The notes beneath the pieces were generated by a model, which saw only the letters and a list, made by a program, of their open reading frames with translations, was not told the DNA's origin and made no database searches. Shown in pieces: positions 63,894 through 64,000 of a DNA stretch of 64,000 bases (position 1 is the first letter of the stretch; each line of letters begins with the position of its first letter). The stretch comes from Candidatus Curtissbacteria bacterium (GTDB lineage: Bacteria > Patescibacteriota > Microgenomatia > Curtissbacterales > GWA2-41-24), in NCBI GenBank assembly GCA_030647775.1, contig JAUSJC010000010.1, positions 200,718 to 264,717 on the forward strand. Direction: 5' to 3'. A program made the translations under genes and the position numbers.

Positions 63894-64000
63894 ATGGACA
63901 ACCAGCAATTATTAACCAACCTTGAAGAAAGGTTTACAATCATCAAGAAAAATTTTGATGTCTCGGCCCGGCAAAAAAAGCTAAGGGAACTTGAGGCCCA
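63894..64000 (+). CDS. prfB: Probable peptide chain release factor 2, 5' fragment
   Basis: MDNQQLLTNLEERFTIIKKNFDVSARQKKLRELEA resembles the RF2 N-terminus; near secA; only 35 codons visible. Confidence 0.5.
   Translation, partial: MDNQQLLTNLEERFTIIKKNFDVSARQKKLRELEA

Noticed and set aside
314-63946. Many 60-170 aa overlapping ORFs in the track
   Set aside because: Antisense or off-frame shadows of well-supported genes with no motifs; 28894..29076 is made of repeat elements.
63950-63962. prfB programmed +1 frameshift
   Set aside because: The frame reads AAT TTT GAT with no in-frame CTT-TGA, so no shift is needed; the prfB call itself is tentative.

Overview
64 kb of a small-genome bacterium, most likely Patescibacteria/CPR of the Microgenomates type. 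This is inferred from gene content: archaeal-type non-discriminating AspRS, class II RNR with NrdR, H+-PPase, many orphan membrane proteins and almost no biosynthetic genes. Standard code 11. The backbone is housekeeping (comM, secDF, CCA enzyme, recJ, aspS, gltX, two greA, nrdR-nrdJ, lgt, lon, hppA, lysS, serS, secA, probable prfB), plus a CsoR/CopA copper-redox island and tRNA-Gln and tRNA-Glu genes. The most striking signal is not in the ORF track. About 30 short (roughly 15-80 bp) palindromic micro-elements from several families are scattered across the window. Many sit in-frame inside essential proteins (GltX, NrdJ, CCA enzyme, PduO, CopA, Lon, SecA, L,D-transpeptidase), often in multiples of 3 bp, some with flanking direct repeats, and some nested inside each other. 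Alongside them is a tandem array of minimal GIY-YIG nuclease cassettes inserted into tRNA-Gln, each preceded by a duplicated tRNA 5' fragment that is itself interrupted by these micro-elements. Other notable items are an MshB-like/MshC-like gene pair, a HEPN-like AT-rich orphan, an orphan HisG-like gene, and duplication scars at comM and greA. All calls come from reading the sequence; no database searches were run.
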